A DNA stretch of 56,309 nucleotides from Kiritimatiellia bacterium (lineage in GTDB: Bacteria; Verrucomicrobiota; Kiritimatiellia; RFP12; UBA1067). The position numbers and the translations under genes are program-made. The stretch spans positions 1 to 56,309 of the forward strand of contig JAZUHK010000071.1 of NCBI GenBank assembly GCA_045641645.1. Direction: 5' to 3'. Below are positions 48,401-56,309 of this stretch, one piece after another. The notes under the pieces are model-generated. The model was not told where the DNA came from and searched no databases. It saw only the letters and a program-made list of their open reading frames with translations. Each line of letters opens with the position of its first letter. The stretch's first letter is position 1.

Positions 48401-51400
48401 CCGATGTCGTGTTGACGTCTGTGCGATAAACAAGTGTGACGGACGCAATCGCATCCTTCTCGTTCGCCGCGTCAACTGGGTTCACATCAAGCGTAATCGC
48501 GTAGTCCTGTCCCGCCGTCGCCATCGGCACCGGATCGAGATCGGAGTACGAGTGCTTCAGGCCGTAGAGCGGACCGACGTTCGGTCCAAGCTTGACGGCG
48601 TCCGTCAGGTTGTTCGCGGCGCCCGGCGTCAGGTTCTTCGTCAGGTAGCGGAGGGTCGCGCCGCCCTCGGCGTCCATCGCCACGACAGCCGCGCCGTCCG
48701 GCAGGTCGCACGGCACGACCACCGTCTGCACCACCTCGTCGCCCCGGCAAAGCCGCACCATCGGGAACTTCTTCGGCTTCTCCTTCGTCGAGAGGACCTT
48801 CTCGTCCCCCACGATGCCCGCCGCCTCGCCGGCCCTGAAGGCCCGCGTCGAATCCTCCTCCATGAACGCGGTCGAGAACCGTCCGCCCTCGCAGTAGTCC
48901 TTCGTCGTGTAGATAAGGACGCGCTCGCCCGGCGCGAGCATCTTGCTCGGCAAGTTCGCGAACTTGCCCGTCGACGCCTTCTTGCCGCGGTTGAAGACCT
49001 GCAGCTCGTACTGCGCGAGGTTCACGGGATCCGTTCCCTCGTTCACGAGCTCAATCCAGCCCGCGACGGCGCCGTTCGGATCGGTCGCATCCGTCATCTT
49101 CGGCGCATCGACCGTCGTATAGCTCAACGTCACCTCCATCTGCGGCTTCGGACAAATCTCGCTAATCCTAAGCTTGCCGTTGTTCACCGGCTCAAGCGAG
49201 TTGACCGACACCTCAAAGGTCAGCTTGCCGTCCACCGTCACCAGCGCGACCGGCGCATCCGCCGCGGGCGACCAGTTCTGTCCGTCAAAGCCCGTCAGAC
49301 CGTTCGCGTCGGGAATGAAGACTTGCACGGCGCCCTTGTACGACGACGCGAAGACGCCGCCGACCCAGACCTGGCCGACTTCCGTCGCCGGCACGAAGAG
49401 CCGGATGTTCGGGTTACACTTGCCGGCGCTCGTCAGGAGCGCATTCGTCTCAGCCGTCGTCTCGCCGATCTTCACCCAGAGCTCGCCGCTCTTCGTGACC
49501 TCGCTGACCGCGATCGGCGCCGTCACCGCAACCGCGCCCTCCTCGCACTGAAGCTTGAAAGTCGTTCCCGCGGCATTCGTGCAGGCGAGCGTCAGCATGC
49601 CGGGACCGTTCTTCAGCAGGTTGAATCCGCCACCCGCAAGCGCGTCCTTGAAGATCAGTTCGCCGCCCTCGGCGACGTCCGCCGTCACGTTCGCGCACAG
49701 GCGAATCACATTCGGCTCGTCGAGATCGATCATCGCCGCGCCCGCGTCCTTCACCTCGACCGTGCTGTAGAGATTGAAGTCGCCGCCGCCGTTGTCGCCC
49801 GTATCGACGCGATTCGTCTTGCCGCCGTCCGTAAACGACAGCACGGCGACCGAGATGTCGTTCGAATTGATGTGGATGTTGCGGTAGGTCGCGTTCTTCT
49901 TGAGCTTCGTCGGCACACCGACCGATGCCTCTGCGTTCGTCGCGTTCGGGAAGTACCCGAACGTCCAGTTCGCGTCATTGTCCCAGTCCTCTCCGTTATC
50001 GCCCGTCGCATACGCGTTGCGCGGCGGCACAAGGTCGATCTCGGTGAGCGCCGACCAGGTCGAGCCCGAGAGGACGCGCGCCTTCACCGGCTTGAGGCCA
50101 GCCGCCTCGACCGTCGCGCCCGCAGCGCAGACCTGCGCCTGAGCGGACACCACGCCCGTGTACGCCTCGCGCGGATCGCTGCCGTCCGTCGTGTAGTAGA
50201 CCGTCGCGCCGCTCGGCGCGGACTTAAGCGTCGCCGACTTCGCGTCCGCCGCAACTTCGAACTCCGCCGCCTCGACCGAGGGATAAAGCCCCTGGTTCTT
50301 GAGCTGCGTCTTGAAGTTCGTCCAGCGACCGGGGAAGAACGTGCCGATCAGGCGGTTGCGCTCCGTGTCCCACGTCGACATGTCATATTTTTGCTTGGTG
50401 CCAGTTTGCGTGTCATAACGGTACGCACCCCAGCGCGCGACTTCGGCAAAGACCATCGGACGCACCCGCTCGGCCATCGTCTGATAGCGCGCAATCAGAT
50501 TCTCCGCAACGAGCGCACCGTCGCCGAAGAAGTGCTTGTGGACTCGGTCGGCGAACCGAAGCTTGTACTCGGCCGACACCTCCAGTGCGCGCTGAATGTA
50601 CTGAACGCAGTTCGTGACCGACTTATAGCCGTTGTCCTTCACCGGGTCGGCCGTGACGCGATTGGCGGTCGTGCTCTCAAGCGAAGTGTCGAGATCCCAG
50701 GCGAAATACGTGAGCGGCACGCCATTGGCCTTTGAGATCGTCGCCTTCCAGTTCTTCTGCGGCCAGTCGTCATTGCCGATGTACCACTCGAGAACAAGAT
50801 AGTCGATCATTCGGTCGAGATCGATCTCCGCGCACGCCTTCTCGTAGAACGTCTTCTCGTCAACTTGCTTCGCCGTCACCTGTGCGGACATCGCTCGGAT
50901 GCCGTTCGCGACCATGTTGAAGTCGTCCGCCTTGCCATCGTTCACCTCGATGCCCGTCGGCTCGTGACGGTCGCCGGAGATGACATCATACTGCTCGTTC
51001 TCGCCACCCCATTGCGCCGCGGCGAAATGATCATCCATCGCCTCGCAGACGTTGTAAAGTCCCCAATAGAGTCCGTTCAGGAAGAGATGGACCTGGTTGC
51101 CGTGCGAATGGAAGCCCGTCATCGCGCCCGAAACGTCGCGGAGGAACTGATCGTGCATCGACGTGCCGTACTGCGGACCGTCGATATGCGTCCAGGAGTG
51201 GTTGCTTTCGCCGCGGAGGACGAGCGACTTGAACTCGTCGCACGTGTAGCCGATGTCATCCATCACCGGCTCTTCGAGCTTATTCGCGCCGTAGCGTCCG
51301 CGGAACTTGAGACCGAACGACTTCTTCGGCATGTAGTCGAAGTGACGCGAGGCGTCGCCATGCGCGCAGAAGCCCGCGTCCGTGCAGAAGACATGCTTGC

Positions 51401-52478
51401 CCGTCACCCACTCGACGGACGCCGAACGCTTGCCCTCGTCCTTGCCGTCCAGCGAGACCGGCTTGCAGTAGATGCCGTTGTCCGGGTCGAAGAGATCGTA
51501 ATCGGAAAGCGTGACGGACATGACCGGTGCCGTGCCGAGGGCCTCAAGGAACTGCGCCTTCGCCTCGGGGGTCGTGAGCACCGACTTCGTGCTCACTGTA
51601 TAGCTCGCCGGACAGCTCCCCTGCTTCGTCGTTCCCTCGTCCTCGGCGTCCTTCGAGAGGTCGGACCATGTTGTCGGCGCATTCGCCGGCTTCTGCTGAT
51701 TGACGATTTGGTCGAGATAGAGGTAGGAGTGCGTCGTGATGTTGCGGTACGGGAGATGTTCCGCCTTCACAGCCGTCGCGCGGATAATTGTCGTCTTCGA
51801 GACGGAAATAGGCCCCGTGTACTTCGTGCTCGATGCCGTCGGATCGCTGTGGTCCGTCGTGTAGTAGATGTCCACGCCGTCTTCCCCGTTGGTGTACGAG
51901 AGCGCAACCTCAAACGAGGTTGAACCCGTGAAGACGCCACGCTCCTTCGAGAACGCAACGGGGCCGAGCGGCTTCTCGTAAGGCGTCTGGTTGTTCGCCG
52001 TGCCCGGTGTGGGCGTTGCGAAATACTTGAGTTCCGTGCCGTCTTGGGCGCGACCGAAGGAGCAGTCGCAGGGAATCATGCCAAACGTAATCTCATCGAC
52101 CTTGTTCGTATCCGCGTCCGTCAGGGTCAGTGTCTCACCATTCGCACCAAGCGAAAAGCCGGAAACATAATGGTCTTTCGACTTCGCGACCTTGTCGCAA
52201 ATGACAACGAGGTGCTCGCCTGCGGCAATTGACGCGCCAACCGGGAACTTGAATTTAAACGGATCTTTCGCGACCTTGTCCGAAAGCCCCCAGCCCGTGA
52301 GCGAGACGGCCTCGCCGCCGTTGTTGTAGAGCTCGACCCAGTCCATCGCCTCGCCGACGTCGTCGGTGATGGGCGTCAGGTCGTTCGAGCTCTGCACCTC
52401 GTTGATGACGACATCGGCGGAAGCCGAGAGTGTCGTGAGGACGGAGAAGAGAAGAAAGGTAAGAAAAGGTCGTCTCAT
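45432..52478 (-). CDS. Giant secreted protein with lamin-tail domains, chitobiase/Fn3-associated domains, two CotH kinase-like domains and InlB-B-type repeats (~2,348 aa)
   Basis: Start MRRPFL with an AAGGAG RBS; VVINEV...DWVELYN (LTD); YYTTDxSDP; NGLYWGLYN...DWPQKNW...WDLD; and a second set NGQFYQL...DDAWGN...WDMN. Confidence 0.85.
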   Translation of the reverse strand: MRRPFLTFLLFSVLTTLSASADVVINEVQSSNDLTPITDDVGEAMDWVELYNNGGEAVSLTGWGLSDKVAKDPFKFKFPVGASIAAGEHLVVICDKVAKSKDHYVSGFSLGANGETLTLTDADTNKVDEITFGMIPCDCSFGRAQDGTELKYFATPTPGTANNQTPYEKPLGPVAFSKERGVFTGSTSFEVALSYTNGEDGVDIYYTTDHSDPTASSTKYTGPISVSKTTIIRATAVKAEHLPYRNITTHSYLYLDQIVNQQKPANAPTTWSDLSKDAEDEGTTKQGSCPASYTVSTKSVLTTPEAKAQFLEALGTAPVMSVTLSDYDLFDPDNGIYCKPVSLDGKDEGKRSASVEWVTGKHVFCTDAGFCAHGDASRHFDYMPKKSFGLKFRGRYGANKLEEPVMDDIGYTCDEFKSLVLRGESNHSWTHIDGPQYGTSMHDQFLRDVSGAMTGFHSHGNQVHLFLNGLYWGLYNVCEAMDDHFAAAQWGGENEQYDVISGDRHEPTGIEVNDGKADDFNMVANGIRAMSAQVTAKQVDEKTFYEKACAEIDLDRMIDYLVLEWYIGNDDWPQKNWKATISKANGVPLTYFAWDLDTSLESTTANRVTADPVKDNGYKSVTNCVQYIQRALEVSAEYKLRFADRVHKHFFGDGALVAENLIARYQTMAERVRPMVFAEVARWGAYRYDTQTGTKQKYDMSTWDTERNRLIGTFFPGRWTNFKTQLKNQGLYPSVEAAEFEVAADAKSATLKSAPSGATVYYTTDGSDPREAYTGVVSAQAQVCAAGATVEAAGLKPVKARVLSGSTWSALTEIDLVPPRNAYATGDNGEDWDNDANWTFGYFPNATNAEASVGVPTKLKKNATYRNIHINSNDISVAVLSFTDGGKTNRVDTGDNGGGDFNLYSTVEVKDAGAAMIDLDEPNVIRLCANVTADVAEGGELIFKDALAGGGFNLLKNGPGMLTLACTNAAGTTFKLQCEEGAVAVTAPIAVSEVTKSGELWVKIGETTAETNALLTSAGKCNPNIRLFVPATEVGQVWVGGVFASSYKGAVQVFIPDANGLTGFDGQNWSPAADAPVALVTVDGKLTFEVSVNSLEPVNNGKLRISEICPKPQMEVTLSYTTVDAPKMTDATDPNGAVAGWIELVNEGTDPVNLAQYELQVFNRGKKASTGKFANLPSKMLAPGERVLIYTTKDYCEGGRFSTAFMEEDSTRAFRAGEAAGIVGDEKVLSTKEKPKKFPMVRLCRGDEVVQTVVVPCDLPDGAAVVAMDAEGGATLRYLTKNLTPGAANNLTDAVKLGPNVGPLYGLKHSYSDLDPVPMATAGQDYAITLDVNPVDAANEKDAIASVTLVYRTDVNTTSEASFKTLTMTKGGNDAKGHGQMWTASVPAANLPAKGKLLQWRAKITDAAGNTWTSPAFLDKANGYGWYGTIVDPGVGDDDGQLSATLPTLHLFAEKGNASYPLADQPGKPTSTSDKTHSLGDGCLMNLDYDETYECTTGKDSTTKQKYRQLWPYGARVAIYDSQTSNYYDNVRIDCRGNSSDDYYKRSHGLKFSKIKSYRLAEPYVHPVSGEEIEEVAKTSLCAEYNDPAMFRQRLAFWFMNEAGVPAPWENPKRVNLNGQFYQLAYESPRFGDELLCDIYGFDELGYGYKNVGTFHQVTQFKDDWGFTMGTSGSAGTKRYTPDDGKEKGFEELLALFEELKAAGSLTTDDSAALTKTVAGKFDLPAWINYLAATKITQEGDDAWGNVGAYWDNAKLVDGGVRGTGAWRPLAWDMNCSWGQYYQAHVSVGRNGIMADADWNKCHPLYGGVRILGYKSSSSTTTSNSYYGKDGANYAFEAVFQSTKFRRLFLRRLRTLMDAYLKPTDTSEDDTPIAVQAKAYAAEVQSEAVKDRGVWGHLGTDSGNKDCAWVNCWGTTMMSNGGIQPDDPSYGYTDIWQNYIVPRRVHLYTTHSIDNTSKGVGYALAKSAGIPHAQSALLSLRDQIKIRADEATGSVVIENLNAETVDISGWKVSGPVEMTLPPGTVVDQANGSTPGQVFVTADRRATIAKMTLTDQVIVGNGEAGEASAKPRLVNDAGEPVYPLTVNVEVTTSGKGTGSVTGAGEYDFGSTVTLTATPATGSHFTKWTFADETESDENPLVLENLQGAVTVDAKFKVNSYSVKYDPNGGEGEIEPGKGDYGSKYETAECTFIKAGKVCTGWGTNGVDGLVFVCEPGKKVTNLAIEDGAEVTLYAMWEPKMPIPEDFPEITSNITLSAGETVVFTNRYRKNLRFWLLGSDGAGECVETSINLPTNACEQYRGYVARSAFKTNEVVVTITGKAKGEESVSLGRQYKSKEPRCAVRYAVIVE

Positions 52479-52482
52479 CGGA

Positions 52483-55400
52483 TTACTCCTTCGCTTCGTT
52501 GACTTCGATGATTCCGGCGACGCCGTTGAACCCCTTCTTCGACGGCAGGTAGATGACCGCGCGATAGCCCTTCTCGTCCGCGTCGTAGTAGATCTGCGCC
52601 GAACCCGAGACCGAAATGAGCTTGCCCGAATTGTCCTCGACCTTGCCAGCGACCTTAAGGACACCGTCCTTCTGGACTGTCAGCGTGAGGTTCGTGTACG
52701 CCCCGAGCGTCGGCGCGTTGAAGTCCGTCGCCGCGGCGCCCTTGAGGACGTTCTGGTAGGCGTAGAGATCCTCGCCGTCGATGACGCCGACGATGTTCGT
52801 CACGCCCTCTTCGACCTCCACCTTCGCGCCGGACAGCGTCAGCGGCAACTCAATCGTCTCCTTGCCGTCCTTGTAAGTCGGAACGAGCGAGAAGACGCCC
52901 GTCGCGAGGTTGTAGTCCGCGAACGACGTGGCCGAGAGCGTGAACTTCTTCGCCGCGGCGTCCGTGCAGTTCGTCTGGATTGTCCCCGAGATCTTGCCGT
53001 TCTTGGCGACCGTCAGCTTCACAATGCCGTTGGTCGTGTCGTCCGCAGCAAAGACGGGGCCGTCAAACGTGCCGACCACATAGTCCGGGAGCGGATCGAC
53101 CGTGACGTCGATCTGGTACTCGGCCTTCGACTTGCCCGCCGTCGTCACCGTCACCTTCACCTTCGAGGGCTTCGGCAGCCCAGTATTCTTGTCAATCGAC
53201 GAGGCCGCCGTCGGGGCGCCGTAGATCGTGTTCGCCGGGACGTTCGTGACCGTGACGCCGTTCACCTTCGCCGTCACCGGCTTGGCGGCGAACTTAAGCC
53301 CGCTCGGAAGACCCGACACCGCAACCTTCGGGAGCGACAACGCCTCCGTGAAGACCGGCCACTGCAGATTGACGCCACACATCACGTTTGTCTCAAGACA
53401 CGCAACGCCCTTCTCCGTTACGAAGAGCTCTGTTCCGTTCGCTTCCGTCCTGATCGAGCCGAGGTCGTCCGCAGCCGTCACGAAGTTCGCGAGATAGCGG
53501 AGGTTCTTCGCCGGCATCGAGGCGATGACGTACGAGGCCTCCTGCGTCAGGAGATTGCCTTCCATATCATACCAACCGTTGAAGACATAGCCCTTCAGGG
53601 CCGTTGCCTTCAAGGTCGCCTTCTTGCCCTGCTGGTAGTAGCCCGCGCCCGTCACGGTGCCCGCGAAGTCGTTGTTGCGGACGACCGCGACGCCCCACGG
53701 GTTCTTGCCCGTCGGATCGTCGATCTCGTCCGGCAGGACGAACTTCGCGACGAGCGAGACGCTGTTGGACGGCATCGGGTTGATGACGTACGACGCGTTC
53801 GAGGAGACGTTCACACCGTCCTCAAGCCATTCCGCGAAGACATAGCCCTTCTGGGCGGTCGCCTTCACCGTCACCTTCTTGCCCGCCTGGTAGAGTCCTG
53901 CGCCCGTCACCTTGCCAGCCGCGTCGTCCGAGAGCGCGACCGAAACCGTGGCGTACGGCTTGTCGTCCGCAATAAACGCCGCAAGACCCGTCGTCCGCGC
54001 CGTCACGCGCAACTCGTAGGTACGGACGATCTTGTAGCCGCCGAGGTTCTTCACGGTCACCTTCACCTTCGAGGGCGTCACGGCCTTCGTCGTCTTGTTC
54101 GTGGCGGATGCCTTGGTCGGGATGCCGTAGATCGTGTTCGCCGGAACGGTGGTCTTCTCCTTCGTCTTCGAATCCGTGACGACCGTTTCCTTCGCGTAGT
54201 ACTTGAGTCCCGCCGGGAGGCCCGAGACGGTGATCGTCGGCAGCGAGCCGGACGCGACCGTGACCGCGTTCGAGAAGACCTCGCCGAGCTTCAGCTCCGC
54301 CGGCAGGAAGTCGTCCGTAAGCTCGAGGCAGTCCGCGGCAAGCGGCTCGAAGCGCGCGACGAGGTCGACGCTGTTCGTCGGCTCGAGCGCGTAGCTCGCG
54401 GCCTTCTCCTTCAGCTCCTCGCCCTCGAACCAGCCCGTGAAGACGAAGCCCTTGTTCGCCGTCGCCTTCACCGTCACCTTCTTGCCCGGGACGACGAGCG
54501 CCGAGCCGGACGTCTTGCCGCGCGTCGCGTCGTTCGGCACGGCACGGACATAGAACTTGCCCGACACCGGCTCGGAGGCGCCCAGAATCGTCACCTTGCG
54601 GTAGCTCTTGTTCGCGACGAGGCGATCCACGCCCTTCAGCGTCAGGTTCATCGGATTCTGCAGCTCGAAGGTGAGGTCGCGCTCCGCCTTGGGCTTCGAC
54701 GGCACCTTGACCGGAATCTCAATCGTCTGTTCGCCGAGCGCACCCTTCTCCCAGGTGAGCGTGTACGGGAACTTGAACGCCGTATCAATCGCCCCGTTGA
54801 TCTTCGTGTTCTTGAGATCGAAGTCCGACGACACGGCCGTGCCGTAAACGACCTGGAGCTGGACGGACGAGGAGAAGTCGCGATTTCCACCCGTCACGCG
54901 AATGATGAGATTAGTCCCCTCCCGGACGCCCTTGTCGGCGTCATCCACCTCGATGAGCGCAACACCGCTCAGTTCCGCCACGATCTCGGCGAACGCATAG
55001 GTCGAGAACCTGCGCGCATGGAGGATAACACCATCCTCGGCAAGCTCGAAGTATTCGCCGAAGTCGTTCGGCTCATCCTGCGGAATCGGCTCGGGCTCGC
55101 CATTGTGGATGCGCGCGATGCGGTAGATGAACCGCGCGTCAATCGTCCACGGGATGAAGAGAGTGACGACATTGTCCTCGCCGAAATCCGTCACCTGATC
55201 GCCCCCGAAATAGGCGGCGAGCTCAACGTAACTGGCCTGGTAGTCGCTGACGTTCTCCAGTCCGTTCGTGTTCGCGAACTTAAGTTCCCACACCGTCCCC
55301 TCGCCCACCGCGTCCTTGTTCTTCGCCGTAACAGTCAGCGTGACGTTCGTCTTCCGATCTTCGGCGATCTTGGCGAGACCCGCGACTTCGGCCACCTGGA

Positions 55401-56309
55401 TCGCGTTCGTCTCAACGCCAGACGGATCGTTCTCCACGACCGCCGTGACGACAACGTTGCTGCCCTCAACCTCGACTTCGCGCGTCTCGATGATCTCAGC
55501 CGGCGGCTCGGTCTCGCAGACGATGACCGAATTAATGCCGCCCTCGAGCGCCCCGCCCAAGGTCGTATTGAACTTGGCCAGATCCTCCGGATCGTCCGCA
55601 TCCAGCCAGCCCGCCGGCGTCACGAACTCGTTCTCATCGGTCTTCACGACCGCGTTGAAGTTCTCCGGATCGACGGCGACACCCGCCTCGGCAAGTCCGT
55701 TCGTGAGCGCGACGAGATCGACGACATTGGTCTCGACGAAGTCGATGACCACCGTCCCGAGCTCCGGATCGAAATAGGCCTTCACCGCATCCTCACGGCC
55801 CTTAGGCCCAATCCTCCACGGATTCTCCGGATTGCCCGGCAGCGGATTCCACTTCACCGTCAGCGCGGCACCGCCCGCCGGCATCGTCGTCGGGAAGGTG
55901 AATTCGTCGTCACCGTCAAACCAGCCCGCGAACTCGTACCACTTCCGCGTCGGAGCCGTCGGCGCGCTGATCGGATCGTCGCAAGCCGCCGTGATCGGCT
56001 CGACCATGCTGCCGCCCTTCGTGTCGAAGGTGATCTGATAGACGTTCGCCGTCCACGCCGCCGTGAAGTCAACGTTGCCATCCTTGACGGCCGTCAGGTT
56101 CGTGATCGCCTGGCCCGGCCGATATGCGGTACCGACCTCGTTCGTCCATTCCCTGAACGAGTAGCCGTCCTTCGCGAACGTGCAGTCCGCAACCTCGTAC
56201 TCGACGTCGTACACCAGATTCGAGACGATGTCCGCACCCGTGCCCTCGCCCGCATTATAGGTGAGCGTGTAGGCGTTCGGATCCCACGCCGCGTAGAGCG
56301 TCACCGCGC
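52483..56309 (-). CDS. Large surface protein (5'-truncated by the window), paralog of 15942-19670
   Basis: InlB-B-type repeats, Calx-beta-like domain, SGLP repeats and the shared C-terminal module. The frame is open to the window edge. Confidence 0.85.
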   Translation of the reverse strand, partial: AVTLYAAWDPNAYTLTYNAGEGTGADIVSNLVYDVEYEVADCTFAKDGYSFREWTNEVGTAYRPGQAITNLTAVKDGNVDFTAAWTANVYQITFDTKGGSMVEPITAACDDPISAPTAPTRKWYEFAGWFDGDDEFTFPTTMPAGGAALTVKWNPLPGNPENPWRIGPKGREDAVKAYFDPELGTVVIDFVETNVVDLVALTNGLAEAGVAVDPENFNAVVKTDENEFVTPAGWLDADDPEDLAKFNTTLGGALEGGINSVIVCETEPPAEIIETREVEVEGSNVVVTAVVENDPSGVETNAIQVAEVAGLAKIAEDRKTNVTLTVTAKNKDAVGEGTVWELKFANTNGLENVSDYQASYVELAAYFGGDQVTDFGEDNVVTLFIPWTIDARFIYRIARIHNGEPEPIPQDEPNDFGEYFELAEDGVILHARRFSTYAFAEIVAELSGVALIEVDDADKGVREGTNLIIRVTGGNRDFSSSVQLQVVYGTAVSSDFDLKNTKINGAIDTAFKFPYTLTWEKGALGEQTIEIPVKVPSKPKAERDLTFELQNPMNLTLKGVDRLVANKSYRKVTILGASEPVSGKFYVRAVPNDATRGKTSGSALVVPGKKVTVKATANKGFVFTGWFEGEELKEKAASYALEPTNSVDLVARFEPLAADCLELTDDFLPAELKLGEVFSNAVTVASGSLPTITVSGLPAGLKYYAKETVVTDSKTKEKTTVPANTIYGIPTKASATNKTTKAVTPSKVKVTVKNLGGYKIVRTYELRVTARTTGLAAFIADDKPYATVSVALSDDAAGKVTGAGLYQAGKKVTVKATAQKGYVFAEWLEDGVNVSSNASYVINPMPSNSVSLVAKFVLPDEIDDPTGKNPWGVAVVRNNDFAGTVTGAGYYQQGKKATLKATALKGYVFNGWYDMEGNLLTQEASYVIASMPAKNLRYLANFVTAADDLGSIRTEANGTELFVTEKGVACLETNVMCGVNLQWPVFTEALSLPKVAVSGLPSGLKFAAKPVTAKVNGVTVTNVPANTIYGAPTAASSIDKNTGLPKPSKVKVTVTTAGKSKAEYQIDVTVDPLPDYVVGTFDGPVFAADDTTNGIVKLTVAKNGKISGTIQTNCTDAAAKKFTLSATSFADYNLATGVFSLVPTYKDGKETIELPLTLSGAKVEVEEGVTNIVGVIDGEDLYAYQNVLKGAAATDFNAPTLGAYTNLTLTVQKDGVLKVAGKVEDNSGKLISVSGSAQIYYDADEKGYRAVIYLPSKKGFNGVAGIIEVNEAKE

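Noticed and set aside
52479-52664. N-terminal extension of the 2410 aa ORF
   Set aside because: It overlaps the upstream gene. The RBS and signal peptide indicate a start at 52478.

Overview
This is a GC-rich bacterial window, most likely from the PVC superphylum (Kiritimatiellae-like). That placement is an inference from the PEP-CTERM protein, the S-x-N-x-VGY secreted protein, the kinase-linked ECF sigma factor and the style of the large secreted proteins. Almost all genes are on the minus strand. 0.3-1.7 kb holds two lower-GC secreted-protein genes. 1.9-15.9 kb is housekeeping: eda, kdgK, a symporter, truA, manC, pth, prs, galM, ilvN, ilvB, a Cache-PP2C protein, a PPi-dependent PFK and an EF-G paralog. 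15.9-56.3 kb is a ~40 kb cell-surface locus. Its centre is an apparent DNA-inversion switch: a tyrosine recombinase and one strong sigma70 promoter lie between ~100-160 bp inverted repeats. These repeats are the 5' leaders of two divergent paralogous genes encoding a secreted ~250 aa protein with 10 conserved Cys. A third copy of this Cys-rich domain is fused to the C-terminus of a 1,272 aa adhesin-like protein. Around the switch are a SurA/PrsA-like foldase, two large secreted proteins with N-terminal CxxC thioredoxin-like domains, five large proteins sharing a C-terminal beta-rich module, a double-CotH giant protein and a Ser/Thr kinase-ECF sigma pair. A ~140 nt non-coding element with its own promoter-like motif and terminator occurs twice (21.7 kb and 37.7 kb). 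The second copy is interrupted by a 1,499 bp IS whose 4 bp target duplication can be resolved from the intact copy. A repeat-flanked four-helix-bundle gene is also present. All calls come from reading the sequence; no searches were run.
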